64,000 bases of DNA from Candidatus Omnitrophota bacterium (GCA_028715785.1 JAQURC010000003.1:27423-91422); one strand, 5' to 3'; counted from the stretch's first letter, positions 29,218 through 40,751 are shown. Translations and numbers: made by a program. The notes: generated by a model not told the origin, from the letters alone.

Positions 29218-30713
29218 AGGGTTTTATTTTTGAATAGATACGCAAAGGTCAACCCAAATAAACTCCACAACGGAATTGCAGTATACGGCATTTCTAAAAT
29301 CTCCAGAAAGTTAGCTGCTATAAACCAATTTATTAGTATGCCGGTCAATAATATTCCTGTTAAGGACCGGTTCTGAAAAGAACGTTTTATAAGGGAGAAA
29401 AGTGTAACAAAAACATAGACAATAATTATTATACCTAGTATGCCCGCACGATAAACTATATCAATATAAGAATTATGCAGACATACCCACCCGTCTCTCA
29501 TCCACTCTCCTGAAGCCCAACCTAAAATTTCTAAAGAGCGGGCGCGGAAAGGTTTGCCAAAATCAAAACCAAATACAGGATGCTGCATTATTAACTCGTC
29601 AAGAGCATCTCCCCAAATAAAAATTCTAAATAAACTATTTATATACGGGATATCAATACCCCTATTGGAAAAATCAACATTGTCTCTCCTTACTTCATTT
29701 ACTAACCTAGAAATTTTTGTAAAAAAACTAATTTTATATCCTTTAACATTTGGAGTTTTCCCAACTGCTGGATTATTTTCAATAGCAGATATTAAAGGAG
29801 ATTTATTAGTTATCTTATATTTATAGTCATTATTCTTTTGAACCCAGGCGTTATCTTTATTATATAATTTTATATCTAATTTTGATGCTTTAAAGTTATC
29901 TTCTTTATTACGAAGATTTTCTATGTTTACATTATATCTTTTAACCAACTCATCAATACTTAATATAGATTTTAATTCATTCGGTTTGCCATACTTTACT
30001 CCTCCGTAGAAAATAAATGATATAAAAATAAAAAAAAGAATAATTTTATAAATCTTTTTAATTTTTAAAATATACAAAAAACCAAAAGCCGCGAAGATAC
30101 CTGCAGATAAATTACTTACGGAAAAAGTCCTTGGAATATCAAAAAGTGGCCTGTAGGGGAATATAAGTAATAACAATAAAAATAAGACAGACTTTACCAG
30201 CCTATTCGGATAATCCTTTACCAGGATTGCTGTCAGTATAAAACAAGTCAAAGCATAATAAGGGAAAAAAATATCGAATTTAAAAATAGAAAGGAATACG
30301 AAGATTAGAATTAAACATTTCCTGGGTGCAAAAAAATCACTCCTATAGAAAACATAAGTAAAAATGGCAAAGAAAGGATAAAAAAATAATACAGCATGTC
30401 TTAATGCTAATGGACCCCAATAAAGATATCCAAAGACTGTTTTTATAATTAAGAATCCTAGACATAAACAAAATAGTAGGGAAACAATATTAATATTATT
30501 ACGATCAATCAATTGTTTTAGGAGAAAAAGGAAAAAACAGGTTAAAAATACCATATCGCTAATAAAAAATGGCGCTCCCATGAAAGATAAATCGATATGT
30601 AATTTAGCGAAATTCCTATAGAACAACACATACGATAGCGAAAGTATCCCTATAAAAAATAAACCTAGATAATCGATTATTTTGTTATTTTTTTCTTTCA
30701 ACGCTTCATTCAT
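29214..30713 (-). CDS. Wzy-like O-antigen/EPS polymerase candidate (multi-pass membrane protein)
   Basis: About 12 TM helices with a central periplasmic loop. AT-rich. Lies between glycosyltransferases near wzx. Confidence 0.4.
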   Translation of the reverse strand: MNEALKEKNNKIIDYLGLFFIGILSLSYVLFYRNFAKLHIDLSFMGAPFFISDMVFLTCFFLFLLKQLIDRNNINIVSLLFCLCLGFLIIKTVFGYLYWGPLALRHAVLFFYPFFAIFTYVFYRSDFFAPRKCLILIFVFLSIFKFDIFFPYYALTCFILTAILVKDYPNRLVKSVLFLLLLLIFPYRPLFDIPRTFSVSNLSAGIFAAFGFLYILKIKKIYKIILFFIFISFIFYGGVKYGKPNELKSILSIDELVKRYNVNIENLRNKEDNFKASKLDIKLYNKDNAWVQKNNDYKYKITNKSPLISAIENNPAVGKTPNVKGYKISFFTKISRLVNEVRRDNVDFSNRGIDIPYINSLFRIFIWGDALDELIMQHPVFGFDFGKPFRARSLEILGWASGEWMRDGWVCLHNSYIDIVYRAGILGIIIIVYVFVTLFSLIKRSFQNRSLTGILLTGILINWFIAANFLEILEMPYTAIPLWSLFGLTFAYLFKNKTL

Positions 30714-31929
30714 TTACTATCACCTGTTTGAATACTCGTGACCATTGTGAATACACTACCTTTTTAGCAAAACGCTCCCTTGTTAAAACGGCAGGTTTAG
30801 GCATCTTATTAATAAACGCTATCAGCGCATCTCTTATTGCATATGGATCATTACTTGTGCAAATACTTACTCCATCCTTTAGCAAATCATTAGTAACTGA
30901 ATCTTTCCCGGCAAGTGCAAAGATAGGCTTGTCTGCGCCAAAATAATCAATTAATTTAACATGCAAAATAACATTACCCCAACCATGAAAATAATCTGGA
31001 TGAACTCCTAAAAGTAAAAGCGCATCTGCCGTCTTCATCAAACCAAGGCTTTCAGAATATGGGATATGGATTACTTTCGAATCGTCATAATTAAAATTGA
31101 CCTGTTTTGCAAGGTCGAGTTTCTTTATAAGTCTGGATACGCTTCCCTTATAGTGCGGATTTGCCCTGCCAATCAAGTCAAAAAAAACCTTATTTTTTAA
31201 TGAAGGTTCATCTCTGAACATAATACTTATAGCTTTTAGTAAATGTAAAATATATCCTCCTACGGGAATCTGACCAAAATGTCGGATAATAATTTTACCA
31301 TCAGATTTAAGTTTGGCGGATTCGCCATAAAGCCTTAAATCATAAAAATAAGGAATAATAAATGTTTTTCTTTCTAAAACAACTCTTTCCTTCGAAAACT
31401 GGGAAAACGCCCAATCCCTTAGCTTGCTATTACAATAGCAAATAGCATCGCAAGACAAAAGCACGCTGCGCTCCATAACCTTTCTAAGTGGAGCTAGTTT
31501 TAAATCCGGGTTATTTCCCCAGGGATCACCGAAAAAAACAACCCACGGTAGCTTATGTTTATAGATTTTCTTGAGCAAAAAACCAACAATATTAGTCCAG
31601 CTATAAGGAGAAATCGAAAATAATAAATTATAATTCTTTCTGCGTATAATGCTACTTGCCATCCCAAATGCAGTAAATACCCAAAGCGATGGCTTATTAA
31701 AAGGACACTTGACTTTATATAACGTTGCCCCCCTCATAAGCTGCACAAATGTATCGTCAATCTTAGCCTTCCTATCTTCGCAAGAAATAATATCAATTTC
31801 CCAGCCATCTTGAAGCATCGCATTGATAATTTTAGCTGTGCTTACAGAAATCGTGGTTAATTGATCCGGAGATGGAGCACAGATAACTAACCCTTTTTTA
31901 AATTTAATATTTTCCTTTTTTTCAAACAT
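30706..31929 (-). CDS. Glycosyltransferase (GT-B fold, GT4-like)
   Basis: Size and context. Weak similarity pattern. Confidence 0.45.
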   Translation of the reverse strand: MFEKKENIKFKKGLVICAPSPDQLTTISVSTAKIINAMLQDGWEIDIISCEDRKAKIDDTFVQLMRGATLYKVKCPFNKPSLWVFTAFGMASSIIRRKNYNLLFSISPYSWTNIVGFLLKKIYKHKLPWVVFFGDPWGNNPDLKLAPLRKVMERSVLLSCDAICYCNSKLRDWAFSQFSKERVVLERKTFIIPYFYDLRLYGESAKLKSDGKIIIRHFGQIPVGGYILHLLKAISIMFRDEPSLKNKVFFDLIGRANPHYKGSVSRLIKKLDLAKQVNFNYDDSKVIHIPYSESLGLMKTADALLLLGVHPDYFHGWGNVILHVKLIDYFGADKPIFALAGKDSVTNDLLKDGVSICTSNDPYAIRDALIAFINKMPKPAVLTRERFAKKVVYSQWSRVFKQVIVNE

Positions 31930-31937
31930 ATAAATTC

Positions 31938-33455
31938 CTATCGCTGCCTTTTTAACAGTCTTTCAATAACGCGTTTTAATAAACCGTAAGTTTTGTTTAT
32001 CTGCAACAAAAATAATTCCCGAAAATAAATTTTATAACGACTGGATTTTCTATAAAATGCATGGTGCGTTACAAACCAATATAGAGAATCAAGGTATTCT
32101 CCTAGAATCATGTACCTAAATCGGACCTTAACGTAGAGAAGCCCCATATTTTTCTTATGTTTAGCCAGTTTAAAACGCGGGTCTGTTATTTCCTGATAAG
32201 ACCTTCTTTGGCCTGAAATTTCATATTCATCCTTTTTAAGCCGAGGAATAACATATTTATCATATAATTCGGTTCCCAGGAGAGGTACGGTAACTGCAAA
32301 AGAATATTTAGTAGCTTTTATAGAATTTGCCAGGCGAAAAGTTGCTGCGAGATCTTCTTCTTGTTCTGTAGGAGTATTTATCAAAAAATTCGCCAAAGAT
32401 CTAAGGCTGTATTTTTTACAAATTTGAAACGCCTGTTTTATTTTTTTAATAGTTGCGCCCTTTTTCATTTCCTTAAGAATACGCTCAGAACCCGATTCAA
32501 CACCAAACTCAACTTGGATGCAGCCGGCTTCTTTCATGTTTTTTGCCATATTCTCTGAAAATGTATTAACATGGCTCTGGCATCCCCATACCAATCTCAG
32601 ATCTCTATCTTTTAATAAGTTGCTAAATTCAATGACTCTTCGGTCGTTTAAAGTAAACATGTCATCTTCAATTGAAAAACCATCAATCTTAAATTTATTT
32701 TTTAAATAGGCTATTTCCTTAACAACTACTTCCGCAGGGCGTGAACGTATGCGGGAAGTATAGCTATTTGCCGAAACTAATGAATTATTCCCACAAAAAG
32801 TACAATTGAATGGACAGCCTCTGGTTGTTTGAATGCCTATTCCGGAAATAAAAATATTGCGGATTAGATCTGTGCGGGGCTGCAAATAATAAGTTAGATC
32901 TAATAAATGATACGGGGGCAATGAAAAGAAATCCAAATTTTCTAATAACTGCCTCGGTTTTGTCTTATGTAATTCGCCATCTCTATAAAATGCCAACCCA
33001 TCAATCTTATCAACTTCCGCTTTACTTTCTATCGCATTTAAAAGTTCATAAAGAGTCTGTTCTCCTTCGCCTAATACAACATAATCAAATATGTTTTTTT
33101 CCTCTAGGAAATCTTTTGGGCAAAAAGTAGGATGATGCCCGCCAGCGATGATAAAACCTTTGTATCCCCTTGCTCTTAACTGCTGCGCCATTCTATATAC
33201 GCAGCCAAACTCAGCAGTAAGACAAGTAAAACCAATGGAAACTGTTGGCTTTACCAGCAATTTGTCAACTATATAATTTTCCGCTTCTATTAATGAAACA
33301 TTGGGAATATTTAGATATTTAACGTCGAGAATCTCGCATTTTTTCCCCTTATCTTCCAGGTATGCAGCAAGCGAAAGGATTGAAAAAGGAATATTGCGAG
33401 AAGAAAGCCTGGTAGGAGGATTAACCAGAATTATATCGAGTTCATTATTATTCAT
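31938..33455 (-). CDS. B12-binding domain radical SAM enzyme (class B rSAM, methyltransferase-like)
   Basis: N-terminal cobalamin-binding-like region (ILVNPP...), then TTRGCPFNCTFC CxxxCxxC. Confidence 0.8.
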   Translation of the reverse strand: MNNNELDIILVNPPTRLSSRNIPFSILSLAAYLEDKGKKCEILDVKYLNIPNVSLIEAENYIVDKLLVKPTVSIGFTCLTAEFGCVYRMAQQLRARGYKGFIIAGGHHPTFCPKDFLEEKNIFDYVVLGEGEQTLYELLNAIESKAEVDKIDGLAFYRDGELHKTKPRQLLENLDFFSLPPYHLLDLTYYLQPRTDLIRNIFISGIGIQTTRGCPFNCTFCGNNSLVSANSYTSRIRSRPAEVVVKEIAYLKNKFKIDGFSIEDDMFTLNDRRVIEFSNLLKDRDLRLVWGCQSHVNTFSENMAKNMKEAGCIQVEFGVESGSERILKEMKKGATIKKIKQAFQICKKYSLRSLANFLINTPTEQEEDLAATFRLANSIKATKYSFAVTVPLLGTELYDKYVIPRLKKDEYEISGQRRSYQEITDPRFKLAKHKKNMGLLYVKVRFRYMILGEYLDSLYWFVTHHAFYRKSSRYKIYFRELFLLQINKTYGLLKRVIERLLKRQR

Positions 33456-34978
33456 AGAGTTTTCCTGGGCAACATTTTTTCGATAAAACTTAAAGCATAA
33501 CCTTTAAAAAAGTATTGTTCCTGTTTAGACAATAAGATAAAATAAGATGCTATGGAATAAAGTAATACATCTAAGATCCCTATGATCATAAGAAAAATTA
33601 GGTTATGAATATGGCCTCTAAACACATAGTAACTGGTCAAAACGATAAGAAGTGCGACAATAATTGATTTAGCCAAATTATAAATATATTCCTTTGCAGG
33701 AAAATGAGTTAAATTTTTGTTTACCCAGGGCACTAAAATAAATAAACCGATCAGGTGTGTCAGCAGCCAAGACAATGCAATCCCAAAAATACCATAATAA
33801 CGGATCAATACTAAAGATACCATTATATGGATAGTTAACATTATTAAGTTTACTTTTATAGCTTTGCTTAAATTTGAAGTACTATATAGAATAATCCCAA
33901 TAATTGAAAGTAGACTGCTTGTTAACACCCCCCAGCTAACGACCCTAAGAATTTGATGCGCACGCAGAGCAAACTCTAAGCCGATCCAGTACTTCAATAT
34001 TTCTATTGCAAATATACTTACAAAAGTAGAAACAAAAACAGCGGTAATGACGATGGCCTTGGTAATCCTTCTATAAAGCCTGTCAAATTCCGCATTCTCA
34101 TTAGCAGCATTATACATGCTAAATGCTGGAAAGAGAGTCGCAATAGCAGAAACTTGAAATTCCCATGCCCGGGAACTAATTTCAAATGGAACAGAATAAT
34201 ACGCCAAATTTGCAATAGGTAGAAAAATACCGATAATAAACTTATCTACATACGTGATAAACATCCCTATTGAATCTGCTGTAAACGATTTTATGGAATA
34301 GCCCAAAACCATAGCAGCGGTATTTTTATCATAGCTGGGGACAACGGCCCCCTGAGGCAATGATTTTTTTACAAAAATATAAAGTACAAAAAAATGCACT
34401 ATTCCGATTATTACATTAACGACTACTACGGTTTGCAAGAAACACCCCAGCCATAATACAACAACAGAAAATATAATTTTTAGGCTGTTAAATATCGTAT
34501 TGATAAAATTAAGAAGATATATCTTCTGATATCCGATTGCTATTGCTTGAACAAATAGTTGAGGTAACCTAAAAATCAAATAGAAGGCTGTTAGATAAAA
34601 AGTTATCAGTGCCTCCTGTTGCATCCAACCTGGAATCTTGAATATTTTCATTAAAAAGAAGTGCGTCAATATGCCCAGGATTAATGCGCCTACCAAACCC
34701 ATGATTAGATAAAGGGAAAAAGAAGTTTTAACAAGTTTTCTTATTTTTTCTATGTCATTAATAACATTGTATTCCGCAATATACTTAGTAATCCCCCTAG
34801 CTAAGCCAAAATCAAAAAGAGACGAATAGCCAATAACAATCAAACTTAAAGATAATACGCCGTAGGCGTCAACTCCAAGTTTATTAATTAGATATGGAAC
34901 CGAAATTAATGATATAATTCCGATCCAAATCCGGCATAGATATGTGCTTGAAATATTCTTTAAAATAATCTTGTTCAT
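33452..34978 (-). CDS. wzx: Wzx-type polysaccharide flippase (MOP superfamily)
   Basis: 508 aa, 12 or more TM helices. Typical polysaccharide biosynthesis protein N-terminus. Confidence 0.75.
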   Translation of the reverse strand: MNKIILKNISSTYLCRIWIGIISLISVPYLINKLGVDAYGVLSLSLIVIGYSSLFDFGLARGITKYIAEYNVINDIEKIRKLVKTSFSLYLIMGLVGALILGILTHFFLMKIFKIPGWMQQEALITFYLTAFYLIFRLPQLFVQAIAIGYQKIYLLNFINTIFNSLKIIFSVVVLWLGCFLQTVVVVNVIIGIVHFFVLYIFVKKSLPQGAVVPSYDKNTAAMVLGYSIKSFTADSIGMFITYVDKFIIGIFLPIANLAYYSVPFEISSRAWEFQVSAIATLFPAFSMYNAANENAEFDRLYRRITKAIVITAVFVSTFVSIFAIEILKYWIGLEFALRAHQILRVVSWGVLTSSLLSIIGIILYSTSNLSKAIKVNLIMLTIHIMVSLVLIRYYGIFGIALSWLLTHLIGLFILVPWVNKNLTHFPAKEYIYNLAKSIIVALLIVLTSYYVFRGHIHNLIFLMIIGILDVLLYSIASYFILLSKQEQYFFKGYALSFIEKMLPRKTL

Positions 34979-35088
34979 ATTATCGCAAATTAAAAAAATC
35001 TATCCACAATTTACGCTTAGGTAAATTATTTAGATATACGGAACTCTGCTAAGCATGAGTCATCTTGGTCAAAATTCCAGATACATAG

Positions 35089-36057
<969 letters not shown>

Positions 36058-36062
36058 TTATA

Positions 36063-36100
36063 GATTGCTTCGTCGGGCTTTGCCCTCCTCGCAACGACAC
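36063..36100 (-). repeat. Family B repeat copy B3 (GTGTCGTTGCGAGGAGGGCAAAGCCCGACGAAGCAATC), intergenic between gmd and fcl
   Basis: Read directly. Confidence 0.55.
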
Positions 36101-36115
36101 ATATAGTCCCTATTA

Positions 36116-37159
36116 TTAGTCTACCTTCCACCATCTGTTAGGGAATTTCTTCTCCAATATCTTATCCCCTTCTCCTATAGCTTTTAACCCAAAGGCCCGC
36201 ACATCAGCATCTACCATTATCTTTACTAGATCATTAAAATTCACTTTAGGATGCCACTTAAGCACCTTCTTTGCTTTCTTAATGTCAGCAATAAGGTTAT
36301 TTACTTCTGTCGGACGAAAATAACGCGGGTCAATACTTACGTATTTCTTCCACTTTAGGCCAACGTAACTAAAAGCTTCTTCGACTAATTCTTTTACAGA
36401 ATGAGACTCACCTGTACCTGTAACATAATCATCGGGTTTATCCTGCTGTAATATTCGCCACATAATCTCGGTATACTCAGGCGCAAAACCCCAATCCCTT
36501 TTTGCATTAAGATTACCTAAATAAAGCTTATCCTGCTTGCCGGCTAAGATGCTGGCTACTGCCCGGGTAATCTTCCTACTAACAAAAGTTTCTCCTCTAC
36601 GGGGACTTTCGTGGTTAAAAAGTATGCCATTACAGGCAAACATATTATAACCGTCGCGATAATTTTTTGTCAGCCAATACGAATAAAGTTTGGCGCAGGC
36701 ATAAGGGCTTTGCGGCTGGAACTGAGTAGTTTCTGATTGCGGCGGGAGCGCGGAACCGAACATTTCGCTGGAGGATGCCTGGTAGAACTTGATCTTTCTA
36801 CCGCTGCGGCGGATTGCCTCCAGGATACGCGTCGTGCCTAAGGCGGTGATATTTCCCGTGTATTCGGGGATATCAAAACTTACCCGGACATGGCTCTGGG
36901 CTGCTAAGTGATACACTTCATCCGGTTTTATATTAAAAATAATGTTATTGATTTGCTCGGCGTCGGCGATATCGCCATAATGCAGGAATAATTTTGCCTT
37001 TTTAGAATGCGGATCGACATAGATATGGTCTATCCTGCCAGTATTAAAAGTGCTTGCGCGGCGGATTATTCCATGAACTTGGTAACCTTTTGAAAGCAGG
37101 AATTCGGTTAAATAGGAACCATCCTGCCCCGTTGCTCCAGTAATAAGCGCTTTTTTCAT
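36116..37159 (-). CDS. gmd: GDP-mannose 4,6-dehydratase
   Basis: [35 protein letters not shown] is the canonical Gmd N-terminus. Confidence 0.9.
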   Translation of the reverse strand: MKKALITGATGQDGSYLTEFLLSKGYQVHGIIRRASTFNTGRIDHIYVDPHSKKAKLFLHYGDIADAEQINNIIFNIKPDEVYHLAAQSHVRVSFDIPEYTGNITALGTTRILEAIRRSGRKIKFYQASSSEMFGSALPPQSETTQFQPQSPYACAKLYSYWLTKNYRDGYNMFACNGILFNHESPRRGETFVSRKITRAVASILAGKQDKLYLGNLNAKRDWGFAPEYTEIMWRILQQDKPDDYVTGTGESHSVKELVEEAFSYVGLKWKKYVSIDPRYFRPTEVNNLIADIKKAKKVLKWHPKVNFNDLVKIMVDADVRAFGLKAIGEGDKILEKKFPNRWWKVD

Positions 37160-37506
37160 ACTAACTCCTCTTGAGCTTTACTTTTTTCATTTAACGAATC
37201 CCCTAGTTCCTGTTTTAATTGATTATATTCCACCTCTTTTATTTGCAGGAAATGCTGGAGGAGCCTGAATTTTTCTTCCAGGCCTTTCTCGGTTAAAAGA
37301 TAATGCATTTTTCTTAGTTTCCCCGGGTTACCGGTGAAGTTTTTGGCTTTGATGAAACCCTTCAGGATAAGTTCGCGTAGAAGATAGTTAGTTTTACCTA
37401 AGGAGATATTCAGGCGGGTGGAAAGATCGCGCTGGGTAGTATTTGGGTTAGCTTCTAACTCTTTGAAAATAAAGAGGGTTTCTTCTGTTTGGAGATGTTC
37501 AGTCAT
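37156..37506 (-). CDS. EPS-associated MarR-family winged-helix transcriptional regulator
   Basis: 116 aa. ...[33 protein letters not shown]... wHTH directly upstream of gmd, as in the EPS-associated MarR family. Confidence 0.6.
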   Translation of the reverse strand: MTEHLQTEETLFIFKELEANPNTTQRDLSTRLNISLGKTNYLLRELILKGFIKAKNFTGNPGKLRKMHYLLTEKGLEEKFRLLQHFLQIKEVEYNQLKQELGDSLNEKSKAQEELV

Positions 37507-37563
37507 TGAACGGATATTGTAACAAGTAGAGGAAAAAAGTCAAGAAATATGACGGATTTTTAC

Positions 37564-38370
37564 CTAAAAAGGAATGGTGATTCCGGCTTCGATTGCCTGT
37601 TCTTTTTGGCGGGATTTCAGCCTTATAAAGGCTTCAGCATCAAGGTGTTCTAAGAATTTACGGGTCATAGTAAGAGTTGCGCCTAGGGGTTGGCCAAGCT
37701 CGTTCTTAAGCGCGAAAATAACTTTGTTACGGCCAAAGGTTACCTTTGCCCCGAATTCTATTGCCCTGACCTTGCCTTGGCCATAATCCATCTGAAAAGT
37801 TAGCCCTAAATCGCGGCCAAACCTCCATTCACCGTAGAGAATAATTATCTGGCCGGGCGCGCTCAGGCGGCTTTGGCGAATACCTATACCAATGCGATAA
37901 CAGATCTCTCCTTTTTTAGGGTAAAATGTCGGCGATTCAAGCTGGACCTTGAATTCAAAACGCGAAGTTGAGCTGCCTTCAAGTATATAAACAAGGCGAT
38001 TGGCCGAAGGTATGTTCCAATAACCTTTAAAAGTTAATCTGTCGCGGCCGTCTTCTGACGTATATTCGATCTGTTGATTATCATTTAGTTTCCAGCTTCC
38101 TTTAAAGGTGTAGGTTTCAGGCGGGCCTTTGCGGCCGGTAACTTCAAAGCAAAGTTGGTTGTAATCATTGGCGCGCCAGGTGCCTTTGAGTTTAAGTATA
38201 CGCAGATGGGATTGCCCCTGCTCTTCTGAGATTGCTTCGTCGCCTTCGGCTCCTCGCAATGACGGTCTCGTAGGCTTATTCCATGTTTGGATGGTTTCGA
38301 TAACCAGAGCATCGGATTCAGCGGCGATAAAACGTTTACGCAGGGTATTTTTTGGCTTAATTGATTTCAT
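37564..38370 (-). CDS. Hypothetical beta-rich protein, unknown function
   Basis: No recognisable motifs. Carries an in-frame family B repeat insertion (SLRGAEGDEAIS). Confidence 0.3.
   Translation of the reverse strand: MKSIKPKNTLRKRFIAAESDALVIETIQTWNKPTRPSLRGAEGDEAISEEQGQSHLRILKLKGTWRANDYNQLCFEVTGRKGPPETYTFKGSWKLNDNQQIEYTSEDGRDRLTFKGYWNIPSANRLVYILEGSSTSRFEFKVQLESPTFYPKKGEICYRIGIGIRQSRLSAPGQIIILYGEWRFGRDLGLTFQMDYGQGKVRAIEFGAKVTFGRNKVIFALKNELGQPLGATLTMTRKFLEHLDAEAFIRLKSRQKEQAIEAGITIPF
38230..38265 (-). repeat. Family B repeat copy B4, in frame inside the hypothetical gene
   Basis: Reverse complement GTCATTGCGAGGAGCCGAAGGCGACGAAGCAATC. Confidence 0.55.
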
Positions 38371-38410
38371 CTCAAATTGGGGCCGGATCTGTTTTCCTAT
38401 TACGAGATTA

Positions 38411-39589
38411 TTAAATAACCGACAAGAACTCTTTTAGATTATACGCCCGGGCAGTTTTAGTAAGAGGAAAAGATTTATCGATAAGCGAGATAACACAACC
38501 GTTTAGTATAGACAATTTTTTGCTTTTGCGCAGATTGCGCAGCCGTTCTATCGAATTAATCATGCTGGAATTGGGCGTTTTAGTTAATTTGATCTCACAA
38601 GGCCTAATCACACCCGCCTTTTCTTCAATAATTATATCTATTTCCAGCCCGTTGTTTGTCCGGTAATAGTAAAGAGGCGGCGTTAATCCGAGGTTAAAAT
38701 AATGTTTTAATAGTTCCTGGATCACAAAATTCTCGAAAATAGCCCCTGCCTGCGCGCCGCGCGTAAGAGCAATTTTTGATTTATTGCCGATTAAATAATT
38801 TACTAATCCGATGTCGGTAAAATATACTTTTGGAGATTTTACAATACGGCTGCCTAAATTAAGATGATATGGCCTAAGCAGAAATATAACCTGGGATACT
38901 TCAAGGATGCTTACCCATAATTTCACCGCTTGAATCGATACGCCCAAATCATTAGAAAGAGACTGATAATTTAAGGCCTGGGATGAGCGGGCAGCTAAAA
39001 GAAAGAGCAGGTCGCGGAAATGGGTTATTTTCTCCAGCCGATAAAAAGGCTGCACGTCTTTCTCTAAATATGTGGATACATAAGATCCAAACCAGCGCTG
39101 CGAATCATGGTTTGGCCTTAACATTAACTCTGGATATGAACCATTAATACCGCGGAAAGAATAGTTCTGCGTGGCGCTTTTTGCCTCAGTAATAGCCATG
39201 GGCAAAAGATGAAAAATCGCCGCCCTACCCGCCAAACTCTCTCGGAGATTATGGATCATCGTAAATTGCTGCGAACCGGTGAGTATAAACCGCCCTCTTC
39301 TCCCTGATTCATCCGCCCTTATCTTAATATACGGCAGAAGCTGCGGGGCATATTGAATTTCGTCTATGATTAACGGCTCTTTATACTCATCAAAAAATAG
39401 CTCCGGATCCTCCTGGGCGAGCTTTAAATCGCGCGGATTATCTAAAGAAACATAGCGGTGCGTCTTTTGGAAAAGATGCGCAAGAAGCGTAGACTTTCCC
39501 GTCTGGCGCATCCCGGTCAAAACTAAAACGCGGAATTGGAGAGCGGCTTTCTTAAGGACACCTTCTATATTTCGCCTGTAATACTTCAT
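38411..39589 (-). CDS. AAA+ ATPase (AAA_14 plus DUF4143 architecture)
   Basis: Walker A LTGMRQTGKST. Size and C-terminal region typical of the DUF4143 ATPase family. Confidence 0.65.
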   Translation of the reverse strand: MKYYRRNIEGVLKKAALQFRVLVLTGMRQTGKSTLLAHLFQKTHRYVSLDNPRDLKLAQEDPELFFDEYKEPLIIDEIQYAPQLLPYIKIRADESGRRGRFILTGSQQFTMIHNLRESLAGRAAIFHLLPMAITEAKSATQNYSFRGINGSYPELMLRPNHDSQRWFGSYVSTYLEKDVQPFYRLEKITHFRDLLFLLAARSSQALNYQSLSNDLGVSIQAVKLWVSILEVSQVIFLLRPYHLNLGSRIVKSPKVYFTDIGLVNYLIGNKSKIALTRGAQAGAIFENFVIQELLKHYFNLGLTPPLYYYRTNNGLEIDIIIEEKAGVIRPCEIKLTKTPNSSMINSIERLRNLRKSKKLSILNGCVISLIDKSFPLTKTARAYNLKEFLSVI

Positions 39590-39673
39590 GCTAAAATTAT
39601 ATAATACAAATATGATTTGTCAAGTTAATTATGTATTTACTAAAACAACCGTGATCGGATCTATTTTTTTTAT

Positions 39674-40720
39674 TTAGAGTTTTCTTAGCTTCGCCTCATT
39701 ATTCCTGATCCAGTTAAAAATATCATTCAGGATCGTTATTGCCGGTTTTTGCGGCTGCCATTTTAGTTCCCGGGTAACTTTTTTGTTATCCGTAAGGTAT
39801 ACGGCGATATCGCCCGGACGGTTACGCAAGTTGTGGCCAACTTTAACGTTATTACCGGAAATCTGCCGGCAAAGCGCGGTGGTTTCCAATAAAGAAAGGC
39901 TTATTTCTCTTGCGCCGCCGACATTATAAGTATTGCCGCTTAACTTAGGAAGGCTGTTTGCCTGTATGCCAATTAGCCGGCAAAGGTCATCAACATGTAA
40001 AAGGTCGCGCACCTGTTTGCCTTGCCCGCCAAAACCGATATATTTAAGCGGCTTTTTAAAATAGTGCGCCAGCATCCAATAGGTAAATACCCCCTGGTCA
40101 ACCTTGCCAAACTGCCATGGCCCGGCAACCACTCCGCAGCGGTTCACAACCGCCTTGATCCCGTAGGCGGCAATATACTCTTGCAGGATAAATTCCGACG
40201 CCAGCTTAGTCGCCCCATACAAAGTCTTTGGGCCGGTTAAAGAAAAATCCGTATCGATACCGCTAAAACGCGGCCACTCAAACCTGCTCTTTGATTCAAG
40301 GCGCTTGATCGCGTTTATTTTTTCATAGGGATAAACCCTGCTTGTGGAAAGGAAAATCATCCCCGCTTTACGCTTGCGGCACAACTCAAGGCAGTTAACC
40401 GTGCCCATCAGGTTGGTATCAATAATATAAGATGGATTCTGATAACCCGCCAATACCGACGGCTCGGCTGAACATTCCAATATCAAATCTATATCAAATT
40501 CCAGATCCAGGTCTTTGGGGCGCCGGGCATCACCGCGGATAAACTTAACGCCGTTTTCCTTAAGCCGCGGTAAATTAAATTCGCTTCCCCGGCGGACCAA
40601 GTTATCCAAAACAAAAACTTTAAGCCGCGGATATTCGCGCTTAAAATATACCGCCAGGTTACTGCCGATAAACCCCGCGCCGCCGGTGATTAAAATATTA
40701 TTATACTTCATATTTTCCAC
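39674..40720 (-). CDS. NAD-dependent sugar-nucleotide epimerase/dehydratase (SDR)
   Basis: ILITGGAGFIGSNL. YGATK YxxxK. Confidence 0.75.
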   Translation of the reverse strand: MENMKYNNILITGGAGFIGSNLAVYFKREYPRLKVFVLDNLVRRGSEFNLPRLKENGVKFIRGDARRPKDLDLEFDIDLILECSAEPSVLAGYQNPSYIIDTNLMGTVNCLELCRKRKAGMIFLSTSRVYPYEKINAIKRLESKSRFEWPRFSGIDTDFSLTGPKTLYGATKLASEFILQEYIAAYGIKAVVNRCGVVAGPWQFGKVDQGVFTYWMLAHYFKKPLKYIGFGGQGKQVRDLLHVDDLCRLIGIQANSLPKLSGNTYNVGGAREISLSLLETTALCRQISGNNVKVGHNLRNRPGDIAVYLTDNKKVTRELKWQPQKPAITILNDIFNWIRNNEAKLRKL

Positions 40721-40751
40721 AATATTTGTTTTGTAACTGGTTATCTTTTAT

